Below, in pieces: positions 9,146 to 18,242 of a stretch of DNA of 64,000 nucleotides; the first letter of the stretch is position 1; the number at the start of each line of letters is the position of its first letter. The notes under the pieces were generated by a model. That model did no database searches, was not told the origin of the DNA, and saw nothing but the letters and a program-made list of their open reading frames with translations. Location of the stretch: assembly GCA_024572335.1 (NCBI GenBank), contig GCA_024572335.1_3052.1, one strand, 5' to 3'. Source of the stretch: a phage. The position numbers were made by a program, and so were the translations under genes.

Positions 9146-10147
9146 TTACTTAATTAACTGTAAAGCTTGTTCAAGACGATCAAGACGATTAACGGATTCT
9201 TCCCAAATCTTTTTAGCCTGCTCATATTCTTTCTGCGCTTTATTAGAAATTTCTAGAACTTCTTTATAAGCTTTTTCTAGTGCAATAACTTCTGGACGAA
9301 TTTCTACCGGTTCAGGTGAATCGTCAAGATTATCCATTAGTTCCTCAAGGGTAGTTTCTTCTTTAGGAGTATTCACAATTTCCTCACATTTTTGTTGATA
9401 AATTTCTTTATCAGTAGGTGAATAAGCACATTTCACTTCACGAAGACTAATTACAATTTTATATCCTTCCCATCCGCATATATTCTTAAAAGGATATGTA
9501 TGAATATTTTCTACTGTTTCCATACAAAGTAATGCAGTCTCTAACTGACGAGTTATAGTGCTAGCAATTGAGAAAAATTTATTAATATTCTTTTGGTTAG
9601 TTTCTGGTGTAAAAAATCCATAATTCACAAAAATAGCTACTTTATTTTTATCAAGCTCATATTCTTTTACGATAATCATATCAGAAGCCAAAGGATGAAT
9701 TTGACGATAATCGCCATAACATAATTTAGAAGCTGATTTTAGAATTTGTCCTTTGAAAAGTCTGAAATTACTAATCCAACGACGAGTAAAAATATTCTCA
9801 GGGTCTTCTTTATTATTAAGATGATAAGAATTAACATCACCGAACCAATTATATCCTACTACATCTTTAGTTCGTTTAATTTCTTTCCCAAAATTACCAA
9901 GAATATCCCGATTAACCAAATATGAAAGAAGACGAGACTCTTTAAAAGTTTTTTTGATAACATCTTTATCTACACGGCTAGAAATTTTACGAATTTCATG
10001 AATAAATTTAGTAGAAGAAACAATACTTGCATCAACACTATTGAGCCATTGATTGATAATAGAAAGAACGATATTTTGACCAAACATCGGTATAGCTTTA
10101 TCATCAATAACGCTATTGAATGATTTGATATATTCGTTACGAGTCAT
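9146..10147 (-). CDS. hypothetical protein with C-terminal coiled coil (333 aa)
   Basis: start at MTRNEY (ATG 10145-10147, complement) preceded by GAGGAG SD; coiled-coil tail ...QAKKIWEESVNRLDRLEQALQLIK. Confidence 0.55.
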   Translation of the reverse strand: MTRNEYIKSFNSVIDDKAIPMFGQNIVLSIINQWLNSVDASIVSSTKFIHEIRKISSRVDKDVIKKTFKESRLLSYLVNRDILGNFGKEIKRTKDVVGYNWFGDVNSYHLNNKEDPENIFTRRWISNFRLFKGQILKSASKLCYGDYRQIHPLASDMIIVKEYELDKNKVAIFVNYGFFTPETNQKNINKFFSIASTITRQLETALLCMETVENIHTYPFKNICGWEGYKIVISLREVKCAYSPTDKEIYQQKCEEIVNTPKEETTLEELMDNLDDSPEPVEIRPEVIALEKAYKEVLEISNKAQKEYEQAKKIWEESVNRLDRLEQALQLIK

Positions 10148-10178
10148 AATAATAATCTCCTCAGTAGAAAGTAAGAAC

Positions 10179-10208
10179 ATTATACCACATCCTTGTGGCA
10201 ATGTAAAC
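10179..10208 (-). promoter_or_regulatory. early promoter
   Basis: GTTTAC (10203-10208) - 18 bp - TATAAT (10179-10184) on minus strand. Confidence 0.55.
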
Positions 10209-11227
10209 TAGTTCAGTGCATTTAGTGCATTGTTCAGTTTAGAACGTTGCTTCGTAAGATTTTTGACTTTTTCTTGAGCTTTTTCCAACATCTTTTCAGC
10301 TTCTAGCACTTCATTAGTTGCTTTAACGAGTTCATCATCTACTGCCTTAAGGGACTTCTCAATCGCATCCGCGTGCCATTTTTCAACAGGTTTAAGACTC
10401 GGATTTTCAATAGGAAGAAAATTCACTTTATTGAATTTCCATGCATCTTTATTACCTGAACTATACATCCAAAATTTAGGATCATTTGACGAGTAATTAG
10501 ATAAATTTAAGGTATCTTGTACTTCCTGCTTTTTCTCTTGTGTAACTTCGTCCTTTCTCAAAAAATCGTATTTAAATGAAACGATCATATCAAGTTCATA
10601 TGTTGTTGTGTCTAATTTAAATCGTTCGAAATGCTGTGAAATCTTAGACTGAACTGCAGCAACAACATCCATATACTTAAATGCTTCTGTCAGCTGTGAT
10701 TTAAGGCATTCACAAATTGAAAGAGAATTTTTTGTATTAGGTTTAAAGCTAATTCGTGCAGTTCTATTATTTTCTTTTAATGGTCTTACTTCCATCTGAA
10801 GAGTATAACCATCAAATTTCAGATTCTTTAAGTTAATATCAGAGCCTTTTAATCGACTAGCCGTCGACAAAATTTGCTTTAATTGTTTACGGAATAGAGC
10901 AATAAATCTCCACTCAAGACGATAATGATTTGGATTAAAAAATCCAGATGATAAATCGACCTTACTCTGACCAACACCTTGAACAAACAGAGGATTTTTA
11001 TAATCAATAGTTTTACAGAAATCGGTGAGCTGCTCACGAGCAGTCATTTGTGTAATATACCCCGCTTTACTAAAATGACGTAACCATTCACTGCTATTCA
11101 TATATTTAAAGTGAATATCACGATTAACTTTATCAGGGTCTAAATTATTTTGGCACAAAAATGTCATAACATCACGAGTATAGCTGGCATTACGAACCAT
11201 ATCTTCAATTTGAGAACGAGTTTTCAT
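10208..11227 (-). CDS. hypothetical protein with C-terminal coiled coil (339 aa)
   Basis: N-terminus MKTRSQ...; tail ...EKMLEKAQEKVKNLTKQRSKLNNALNALN. Confidence 0.55.
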   Translation of the reverse strand: MKTRSQIEDMVRNASYTRDVMTFLCQNNLDPDKVNRDIHFKYMNSSEWLRHFSKAGYITQMTAREQLTDFCKTIDYKNPLFVQGVGQSKVDLSSGFFNPNHYRLEWRFIALFRKQLKQILSTASRLKGSDINLKNLKFDGYTLQMEVRPLKENNRTARISFKPNTKNSLSICECLKSQLTEAFKYMDVVAAVQSKISQHFERFKLDTTTYELDMIVSFKYDFLRKDEVTQEKKQEVQDTLNLSNYSSNDPKFWMYSSGNKDAWKFNKVNFLPIENPSLKPVEKWHADAIEKSLKAVDDELVKATNEVLEAEKMLEKAQEKVKNLTKQRSKLNNALNALN

Positions 11228-11235
11228 GGTGTTCC

Positions 11236-12138
11236 TTAAGATTTAAGTAAATCGACAATTTTAATTAACTTTTCACGCTCAGATTTAGCTTTACTACTCA
11301 ATCCAGATAGTCTGAAAATTTCATCGTCATACTGTTGAATAGAAATATTCAGCTCTTCAATTTGCTTATTAAAATAATCAATTTGTTCAGAATGTTTTTC
11401 ATTACTACGAACTGGTACAGGTTTTGTAGGTAATTTAGATGAACTGGATTCATCCGGGCGATAAATTAAAATACAACTTGAACCAATCGGGCATTTAGCA
11501 CCAGATGAATATTCTAATGTTCCGACTTCTTTTAAAACTTCAAAAGCTAAACAGAGATGATGCCCCATATTAACATAATCTGTAGAGCGAGCTCTGATGT
11601 AATAATCATCTCCGCGAATACTAAATTTAAAGCATTTAAGGTCTTCTGTATTATTGGTCTTAAAAATCATTTGTTTATCTAGACCTTTAGCTAATCGAGC
11701 GCCTAATGCTAATAATCGTCGTTGATTTTCCCACAAATCCGCAATCATTTGGTCAAATGATAATTTCGGCATTAGTCGACCATAAAGGTCGTATCCTTTA
11801 TTATAATTGCGAAGGATTTCACTCGCGTTAATACGAGACAATGCTCCAATTTTATTAAGTGCTTTCATAATGCGATTAGATAAACTCATTCCAGATCCGT
11901 TTGTTCGCTGTAAATGTTTTTCTAATCCAAATCCAATATCAACTTTAAATTTATCTAAAATTTCAGCATGAACATCTCTGTCAATAACATTCAAATCCAA
12001 AGTTGGGTTAAATCTATGAAAAAATTTATCTGGCTCTCCACGACGAAGTACAGTCCATTCATTTAATTTTTTATTAACTAAAGATTTAATTACTGCATTG
12101 ACATTATTAATTACTACTGACATATTTTTCTCACTCAA
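11236..12138 (-). CDS. hypothetical protein with C-terminal coiled coil (300 aa)
   Basis: tail ...IDYFNKQIEELNISIQQYDDEIFRLSGLSSKAKSEREKLIKIVDLLKS. Confidence 0.55.
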   Translation of the reverse strand: MSEKNMSVVINNVNAVIKSLVNKKLNEWTVLRRGEPDKFFHRFNPTLDLNVIDRDVHAEILDKFKVDIGFGLEKHLQRTNGSGMSLSNRIMKALNKIGALSRINASEILRNYNKGYDLYGRLMPKLSFDQMIADLWENQRRLLALGARLAKGLDKQMIFKTNNTEDLKCFKFSIRGDDYYIRARSTDYVNMGHHLCLAFEVLKEVGTLEYSSGAKCPIGSSCILIYRPDESSSSKLPTKPVPVRSNEKHSEQIDYFNKQIEELNISIQQYDDEIFRLSGLSSKAKSEREKLIKIVDLLKS

Positions 12139-12539
12139 TTTTCAATTTTACTAAATACACAGAATATGATGGAAAAGACTATATAAGCACCGCATACAGA
12201 TTGAACTAATACCATTCCAAAGAACCAAACAATATTATCAAACAATGTCTGTTTTACGTCGAAAGGACGTAAACTTACAGTAATATTATCGCCTTTTTCT
12301 ATTGATGAATACATCTCTGGTGAAATATATTCACTAAATCTATAACCGTCTTTGAGTTCATATACGGCAATAAACGATAAACTAGACCCCTTTCCTTGAG
12401 TTCCTGTAAGGGTATTAACTACAGTAACATCATAATCTTTATAATGCATATAATCATTAATTGCGTAATAACCATATGCAATTACTACACATAAACAACA
12501 TATCAATAAATTCAATCTTTTAATTATCAACTGTTTCAT
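12135..12539 (-). CDS. membrane protein (134 aa, N- and C-terminal TM helices)
   Basis: hydrophobic segments LNLLICCLCVVIAYGYYAI and IVWFFGMVLVQSVCGAYIVFSIIFCVF; preceded by TGGTATAAT extended -10. Confidence 0.5.
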   Translation of the reverse strand: MKQLIIKRLNLLICCLCVVIAYGYYAINDYMHYKDYDVTVVNTLTGTQGKGSSLSFIAVYELKDGYRFSEYISPEMYSSIEKGDNITVSLRPFDVKQTLFDNIVWFFGMVLVQSVCGAYIVFSIIFCVFSKIEN

Positions 12540-12594
12540 AATAATCTCAATTAAAAGGGCTTAGAACCATTATACCATCCTTGGTATAAAGCGG

Positions 12595-13122
12595 TTATGC
12601 GAGTACCGTCTTTAACCGTTCTTCAAACTTCCGAAGAGTATTTTGGCGTTCAGCTCTTTGCTTTTTGTAAGTTTCAATACGCTCTGAAATGAGAGTGTAT
12701 CGCTCATTTACTGATTCTTTCATAAAATCAGGAATTTCACGAGAAGCTTTAATCTCGTCAAATTTATCAATAACAGCTTGCTCTTCAGCAATTAAGTTAT
12801 CATACATTAAAATATCTTTCTTGATAAACTCAATATCTTCTTGAGTTACACGAGATAATTTAGATGCTTTATCCTTTTTGTACTGTTCGTTAGTATCACG
12901 AGACCAGTGTAATGTACGATTTTTATTCGTGTTCTTGTAAATTTCTACAATACCAATCTCATCGATAATAACGATCCAATTCCAACGGGATTTGTAAATT
13001 TGTCCTCCATCAACAGTGATTTCACCACCGATTGAGACATCATTAAAGAACTTGCTTTGAGCTTCAGATTTAAATTTACCATCGTTATAATTTATCAGGT
13101 TGAAAATATCTTTAGCGTTCAT
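12595..13122 (-). CDS. hypothetical protein with C-terminal coiled coil (175 aa)
   Basis: tail ...ERYTLISERIETYKKQRAERQNTLRKFEERLKTVLA; early promoter 13150-13179 upstream. Confidence 0.5.
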   Translation of the reverse strand: MNAKDIFNLINYNDGKFKSEAQSKFFNDVSIGGEITVDGGQIYKSRWNWIVIIDEIGIVEIYKNTNKNRTLHWSRDTNEQYKKDKASKLSRVTQEDIEFIKKDILMYDNLIAEEQAVIDKFDEIKASREIPDFMKESVNERYTLISERIETYKKQRAERQNTLRKFEERLKTVLA

Positions 13123-13149
13123 TTTTGTTCCTCCGTAGTTGATAGTTGC

Positions 13150-13179
13150 ATAGTACCACAGAGGAACGGTCTTGTAAAC
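13150..13179 (-). promoter_or_regulatory. early promoter
   Basis: GTTTAC (13174-13179) - 18 bp - TACTAT (13150-13155). Confidence 0.55.
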
Positions 13180-13181
13180 AA

Positions 13182-13496
13182 CTAAAAGAAACTTCTTTCA
13201 CAATTTTTTCCACTGAACCAAGCGCTCACTGCTTTCTTAGTCTCAGGAGCAGTGTTATCCATAAACCATTCAAAGGCAGCCTTTTTATGATTCTGGAGGG
13301 CTTCTCGGGCTTTAATCTGCTCACGGTCTATTAACACTAACATATGAGCCTTTCTTGTCACCAAAGGCTTCTTATGATTTTTTGAATACTCCCAATCATT
13401 TGTCCAACGCATTGTCGTTGCGAACTGATGAACCGCGTCTTTAATTTTAGTTTCATAAATTTCACGAGCTTTTGAGTATAACATCTTTACCTCCAT
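13182..13496 (-). CDS. hypothetical protein (104 aa)
   Basis: ORF. Confidence 0.45.
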   Translation of the reverse strand: MEVKMLYSKAREIYETKIKDAVHQFATTMRWTNDWEYSKNHKKPLVTRKAHMLVLIDREQIKAREALQNHKKAAFEWFMDNTAPETKKAVSAWFSGKNCERSFF

Positions 13497-13585
13497 TTAC
13501 CAGTTTAATTCTAGTCATCTTTTTAATGGCAGTCCATATAATCTATTTCTGAACTGCCTTTTTGTCTTAGAAGTCCTCTTATGAA

Positions 13586-14566
13586 TTATTTCAGAAGAGT
13601 AACCTCAGCGATTTCTTCCCAACCGTTTTTGTCGGTCATAATAAAGTCAGCAAGATAAAGCGCAGTACGCAGTGAAACATTGCGTAAACGATTAACATTG
13701 ACTTTCATCCATGATAATGCTTTATAAGTTTCTTCATCAGAAAGACCGCGCTTTTGCATCATGTCAGTTGAAAGAATAACATCTTCAACCCTGACCATAA
13801 TTTCTTCATTAGTGTGAACACCCAAATCCAAATAAACTGAGCGGGACACTAATGCTTGTAAATGCGGAGCAAGTTTAGTACCACGGTCTAATTCGCGGTC
13901 AATGTCAACGTTTGTGATAAAAACAATCGTTCCTTTAAATTCAAACTCACGCTCAATGCCTTTTTCTTCTAAGTAAGAAGATGTGGTGCTCCAGCAGACT
14001 TTACGGGTCTCTCCAGTGTCCAGAGCAGCTTTCAGAAGATTAAGAATGTCCATATCAGAGAAAACATCCACATCATCAATCAAAAGGACAGAATTCTCTT
14101 CACGATTATTCCAAAGCTGTTCATAAAGACCAATACCAGAGATTTTACCATTAATGCTTTTATATTCAATGTATCCAATATCATTTGCTTTATTTAAAGC
14201 TTTATCTAAAGAATACGTTTTACCAATACCCGCCGCACCAGAGATAATTAATGAACGAATGTTTCCGTTAATAATACCATTCGTCATCATTCCCATAACA
14301 TTAAATCTTTTATTAATGCGGGTTTTCATATCTTCATACGATTCTTTAACTTCTTCAACTTTTACACCATCATATGAAATGTCTGATTTATAAACCCAAA
14401 CACCGCGACGTTTACCGTCAATTTCAACAAAAACTTTACCATCTCCTTGTGCATCTACCGGAGCATTATCTGGGAACCATTCGCCTAAGAGCTCAAAAGT
14501 TCCAGAGATTTCTTTACCGAAGTAGATACCCTTATTGATAGTTACAGTTTTCATTTTATTCTCCAA
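13586..14566 (-). CDS. AAA+/P-loop ATPase
   Basis: Walker A GAAGIGKT, Walker B VLLIDDVD, sensor-like TIVFITN; 326 aa. Confidence 0.7.
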   Translation of the reverse strand: MENKMKTVTINKGIYFGKEISGTFELLGEWFPDNAPVDAQGDGKVFVEIDGKRRGVWVYKSDISYDGVKVEEVKESYEDMKTRINKRFNVMGMMTNGIINGNIRSLIISGAAGIGKTYSLDKALNKANDIGYIEYKSINGKISGIGLYEQLWNNREENSVLLIDDVDVFSDMDILNLLKAALDTGETRKVCWSTTSSYLEEKGIEREFEFKGTIVFITNVDIDRELDRGTKLAPHLQALVSRSVYLDLGVHTNEEIMVRVEDVILSTDMMQKRGLSDEETYKALSWMKVNVNRLRNVSLRTALYLADFIMTDKNGWEEIAEVTLLK

Positions 14567-14588
14567 ATCCGTATCAGTTGATAGTTGT

Positions 14589-14618
14589 ATAGTACCATAA
14601 AGCTTTATGCTTGTAAAC
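14589..14618 (-). promoter_or_regulatory. early promoter
   Basis: GTTTAC (14613-14618) - 18 bp - TACTAT (14589-14594); AAAGCTTT palindrome in spacer. Confidence 0.55.
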
Positions 14619-14640
14619 CGTTTTGTGAAAAATTTTTGAA

Positions 14641-14667
14641 ATAAAAAAGGGAGCCCGAAGGCTCCCT
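14641..14667 (-). terminator. intrinsic terminator
   Basis: minus-strand GGGAGCC-UUCG-GGCUCCC followed by UUUUUUAU. Confidence 0.65.
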
Positions 14668-14668
14668 A

Positions 14669-15682
14669 TCATTTATAATAACTTCGGTGGTTTTCAAGAT
14701 AAACCCTCTCAAGGAAGTCATCCCAAAAACCCATGTCTACTTTTTGCTGCATACCGTTCTTAGAAGCTTCAATAGATGCTGCTTCTACTTGATCGACCAC
14801 ATCTTCCAAAAACTCTTGAACAGTTTTAAATGGGTGTTTACCCAGCTTCACGTCGAGAATAAATGGAGCGTCTTGAAGTGGATAGACTAAGTCACCAGTT
14901 TTGTAAATTTCCAATAGTTGGAGTCCACCACGACAAGCATGACTCAGAGCTTTCCAGTCAATGCCCTCATTCGCTTCAGCCTTACGAGCACGTTCGCCGT
15001 ATTCAGCATCAAGTTTATTCAAAGACTGCTTAAGCTCAATAAGAGAAAGTGTTGTCTGATATTTACGACCCAACACAGTGTAGAACGTTTGTGGACCGGT
15101 TTTCTCATGATTATGGAATACCCATTCACAAAACTCGTTTTCAGGGAGTCGGTGTTTGATATCTTCTACCTTAGTTCGGCGTAAACGATCTGGAATTCCC
15201 TCTTGGTAATCAACCCACTGGTCAGGGATTTGATTAACTACTTTCAATACATCACGTAATGCGGCCAAACGAGAACCCTTGACACCGTATTTAGAAGCTT
15301 GCTTGCGGACATATCCTAAATAGGATTTCATGTTAGTCGTATAAAAACGAGAACGGTTGTCTTGAATAAACTTCCACACATCAGGCAAATCAGATTTAAC
15401 CACTAGTTCAGGTGGAGTGTGAAGCATATCCAATGCTACAGTTTCACCATCTGCTGCTAATTTAAAGAAATATTTAAGACTGTATAGTTCATGGTCAATA
15501 TCATCTTTAGTGTTTTTAGATGATGTGTTGTTAGTGTTTTTACTCATGTGCTCTTTGACATTTCCGATAAGAATATCGCGGGCAGGAGGAACAAAGATTT
15601 CTTTAAAATCTACATCAGATTCTGGGGTAGAAGTTCCATAAAGATGACTACCAAAATAGCTTTTCATTACTGTTTTCATCAT
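14669..15682 (-). CDS. Pol-beta superfamily nucleotidyltransferase-like protein
   Basis: GSHLYGTSTPESDVDF (hG[GS]x9-13 DxD) minimal NTase motif near N-terminus; 337 aa. Confidence 0.55.
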   Translation of the reverse strand: MMKTVMKSYFGSHLYGTSTPESDVDFKEIFVPPARDILIGNVKEHMSKNTNNTSSKNTKDDIDHELYSLKYFFKLAADGETVALDMLHTPPELVVKSDLPDVWKFIQDNRSRFYTTNMKSYLGYVRKQASKYGVKGSRLAALRDVLKVVNQIPDQWVDYQEGIPDRLRRTKVEDIKHRLPENEFCEWVFHNHEKTGPQTFYTVLGRKYQTTLSLIELKQSLNKLDAEYGERARKAEANEGIDWKALSHACRGGLQLLEIYKTGDLVYPLQDAPFILDVKLGKHPFKTVQEFLEDVVDQVEAASIEASKNGMQQKVDMGFWDDFLERVYLENHRSYYK

Positions 15683-16140
15683 TCAGCCTTATATTCAATA
15701 ACAGGACATACTTTAGCTTTACGAGCTTTTAAAAATTCAACGATAATCGATTTCTTGGGTTGAATAGGAGGTAAACCTTTATTTTTCCTATCAATGTTTT
15801 CTACGTGTAAAGCATAATCCTTTTTCCATTTATAATCTTTATATTTTTCACGCAAATGTGCAGGAATAACAAATGAACCGATAATAAGTAAAACAACCAA
15901 AAGCGCAAGTATAAATGCCGATGGAAGAAGAGCCCATAAACTACCGAAAATAAGCCAACGTTGTAGGCTTTCTGCACAAATAATTGTTAACCCTACGAGT
16001 ATAGCACACCCAAAAATAGAAACGAAAAATGTAGGTATGGCAATAGACCAAAAATATGCGCATAGTGTCTTAGGTCGTTGCCATTCATCGTTAAACAATT
16101 TGAATAATTTATAGTGCCAAGAGTTTTCATTAATAATCAT
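15679..16140 (-). CDS. integral membrane protein (153 aa, about 3 TM)
   Basis: long hydrophobic segments (AIPTFFVSIFGCAILVGLTIICA; LIFGSLWALLPSAFILALLVVLLIIGSFVI). Confidence 0.5.
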   Translation of the reverse strand: MIINENSWHYKLFKLFNDEWQRPKTLCAYFWSIAIPTFFVSIFGCAILVGLTIICAESLQRWLIFGSLWALLPSAFILALLVVLLIIGSFVIPAHLREKYKDYKWKKDYALHVENIDRKNKGLPPIQPKKSIIVEFLKARKAKVCPVIEYKAE

Positions 16141-16142
16141 AA

Positions 16143-16664
16143 TTATCCTTTCATTGAAGGCGTAACGGTTGTTAAATACTTAATCATAGCTTCAGCTTCT
16201 GATTTTGATAGTGAAATTTCTTCACCGTTTTGGCGAATAGAAACAAAATCTGGATGACGATCACCACCAGCTTTTAAAACACACATATAAGTATCAGCTT
16301 CGCCTTCAATATTTGAAATGATTGAAGCAGTTCCACACGAATGTGGTTTTTGATAAATCAATACAGCTTTTCTTCCACCATTTGACTGTTCATAGGCTTT
16401 TAATACATCAAACAAATCAGTTCTTTTATCAATAGCTAAAATGTTATTTTCATCTTCAATGTTAAATCCTTCGGATACTTCATAAAGCGTTACCCATAAA
16501 TCGCCAATATCAATAACAGCATTTACTTTTCCACGGCTTTCAAGAGTATGACAAATTTTCTTGATTTCGTCATAACTCATTTTAATAATATCATCTCCTT
16601 GACTAAGAAAGATGTCATTTTTAAATTCAACACGAATTAAACCACTTCCACTTGAAATAAACAT
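16143..16664 (-). CDS. hypothetical protein, paralog of the 16671-17228 product
   Basis: shared blocks GFNIEDE vs GFNIESE and C-terminal SKSEAEAMIKYLTTVTPSM vs TKDEAIALKTYLDSVIPTM. Confidence 0.5.
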   Translation of the reverse strand: MFISSGSGLIRVEFKNDIFLSQGDDIIKMSYDEIKKICHTLESRGKVNAVIDIGDLWVTLYEVSEGFNIEDENNILAIDKRTDLFDVLKAYEQSNGGRKAVLIYQKPHSCGTASIISNIEGEADTYMCVLKAGGDRHPDFVSIRQNGEEISLSKSEAEAMIKYLTTVTPSMKG

Positions 16665-16670
16665 ATTTCC

Positions 16671-17228
16671 TCACTTTGAAATCATAGTTGGAATAACAGA
16701 ATCAAGATAAGTCTTTAGTGCAATAGCTTCGTCTTTGGTAAATGTGACAATATGTGCTCGAAAATCGTCAATTTGACGAATAGTTAAGACATCTCCTTCT
16801 TCATAACATTTTGATACGTTTAAAACAGTTTCATCATTCTGATTGCAAGCGTTAGTAATAATAGCATTGCAATTTTTAAACCATTTTAAACTATGTTTTC
16901 TTTCATTAGAATAATAAAAATATTTAATCTTATCTATAAAACTATCCCAATGGATAACTGATAAGCATATTGACTCGCTTTCAATATTAAATCCTGGGCA
17001 TGAAGAATAAAAATGAATTTTATGCTCATCATTAATGCTTACAATTTTATCAGTATAAGGATTTTCAATTTTGGTTAAATGAATGATTTCACTAGGCGTA
17101 AAATATAACATGTCATCTTCTTGCGTCAAACGATACATGTTATTTACTTTTTCTATAGCCAATTCACCAAAAAGTGGACTAACTTCTAATACTAATCGTT
17201 TCATATTGATTCTCTTCGACTCGCTCAC
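16671..17228 (-). CDS. hypothetical protein, paralog of the 16143-16664 product
   Basis: see paralog; early promoter at 17364-17393 upstream. Confidence 0.5.
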   Translation of the reverse strand: MSESKRINMKRLVLEVSPLFGELAIEKVNNMYRLTQEDDMLYFTPSEIIHLTKIENPYTDKIVSINDEHKIHFYSSCPGFNIESESICLSVIHWDSFIDKIKYFYYSNERKHSLKWFKNCNAIITNACNQNDETVLNVSKCYEEGDVLTIRQIDDFRAHIVTFTKDEAIALKTYLDSVIPTMISK

Positions 17229-17363
17229 AATTACATACTCCTTTGAATAATATCAATAATGTTGTTCACCAGATTATAGGTAAACAAAGGATAATTATAT
17301 TGAATCATCACATACACAACAAACAAAATTTTCATTCTCTTCTCCTCAGTAGTTGACAAGATT

Positions 17364-17393
17364 ACTATACCATAACCTTGCCAACTTGTAAAC
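17364..17393 (-). promoter_or_regulatory. early promoter
   Basis: GTTTAC (17388-17393) - 18 bp - TATAGT (17364-17369). Confidence 0.5.
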
Positions 17394-17558
17394 CATTAAA
17401 TGACGTTTTCGATAAAATTCTGAAGCTTTGTATGAGCATCAACCATGATTTTCATTTCTTCTTTAGCGAAAGCTGTGCCTCTTTCTCGAGAAGAACATTC
17501 ATAGTCAGAAACTGCGTTAGCATATTCTTCAATTAGTTTCATTAAAAACATCTGCTTT

Positions 17559-17753
17559 TCAGTTTTCATTATTCCACCTAATCATTTCAAGATATTGAAC
17601 TAACTTAGCTTTAGATTTATCCAAATCCTTTTTAGCTGTTTCTATACCGTCGTATGAATATCCTTCACAATGCTCAACCGCTAATTGATATGAATCTATT
17701 TCAATATCACGTGCTAATTTAATGATTTTTTCAAACTGTTCGCGTGTTAGCAT
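17559..17753 (-). CDS. hypothetical small protein (64 aa)
   Basis: ORF; resembles adjacent small ORF (EQFEKIIKLARDIE vs EQADKIKELVASIRKADEE). Confidence 0.4.
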   Translation of the reverse strand: MLTREQFEKIIKLARDIEIDSYQLAVEHCEGYSYDGIETAKKDLDKSKAKLVQYLEMIRWNNEN

Positions 17754-17755
17754 AC

Positions 17756-17959
17756 TTAAACTCTCGTATTATGATCGATAATTTCATCAAGAAACATATC
17801 TAACGCTTCTATAGCATTATCCACTTTAGTTTCAAAGTCTTTAATGCCTTTATTCGAAATACCCGATGAATACCAAGCAAAGTCAATCAGCTCTTCATCT
17901 GCTTTACGAATTGAAGCCACTAATTCCTTGATTTTATCTGCTTGCTCTATACTAATCAT
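17756..17959 (-). CDS. hypothetical small protein (about 67 aa)
   Basis: probable start MISIEQ (ATG 17957-17959, complement), abutting the upstream ORF stop. Confidence 0.4.
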   Translation of the reverse strand: MISIEQADKIKELVASIRKADEELIDFAWYSSGISNKGIKDFETKVDNAIEALDMFLDEIIDHNTRV

Positions 17960-18147
17960 TATTCCACCACATATGACAGAGAGAATATTGCACACGCCAT
18001 GTGAGTTGCAACTTCATCACACATATTATAACGTTTCTTAAGAAGTTCTACAAGTTCTTCACTAGTAACTTCATCCATGTCGACGAAAAAATCACCATTA
18101 ATGATGACGTAGATATTTCCTTCTTGATTGAGCGCTTCAATTTTCAT
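17959..18147 (-). CDS. hypothetical small protein (63 aa)
   Basis: ATG 18145-18147 (complement) preceded by GAGGAGAA SD; early promoter 18177-18205. Confidence 0.45.
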
Positions 18148-18176
18148 GATGTTCTCCTCTTTATCTAATAGTTGTA

Positions 18177-18205
18177 TAGTATCACAGCTCAAACGGAAAG
18201 TAAAC
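18177..18205 (-). promoter_or_regulatory. early promoter
   Basis: GTTTAC (18200-18205) - 17 bp - TACTAT (18177-18182). Confidence 0.55.
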
Positions 18206-18210
18206 CGGTA

Positions 18211-18238
18211 AAATGAAAAAAGTCTCCCGAAGGAGACT
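18211..18238 (-). terminator. intrinsic terminator
   Basis: minus-strand AGUCUCC-UUCG-GGAGACU followed by UUUUUCAUUU. Confidence 0.65.
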
Positions 18239-18242
18239 AATG

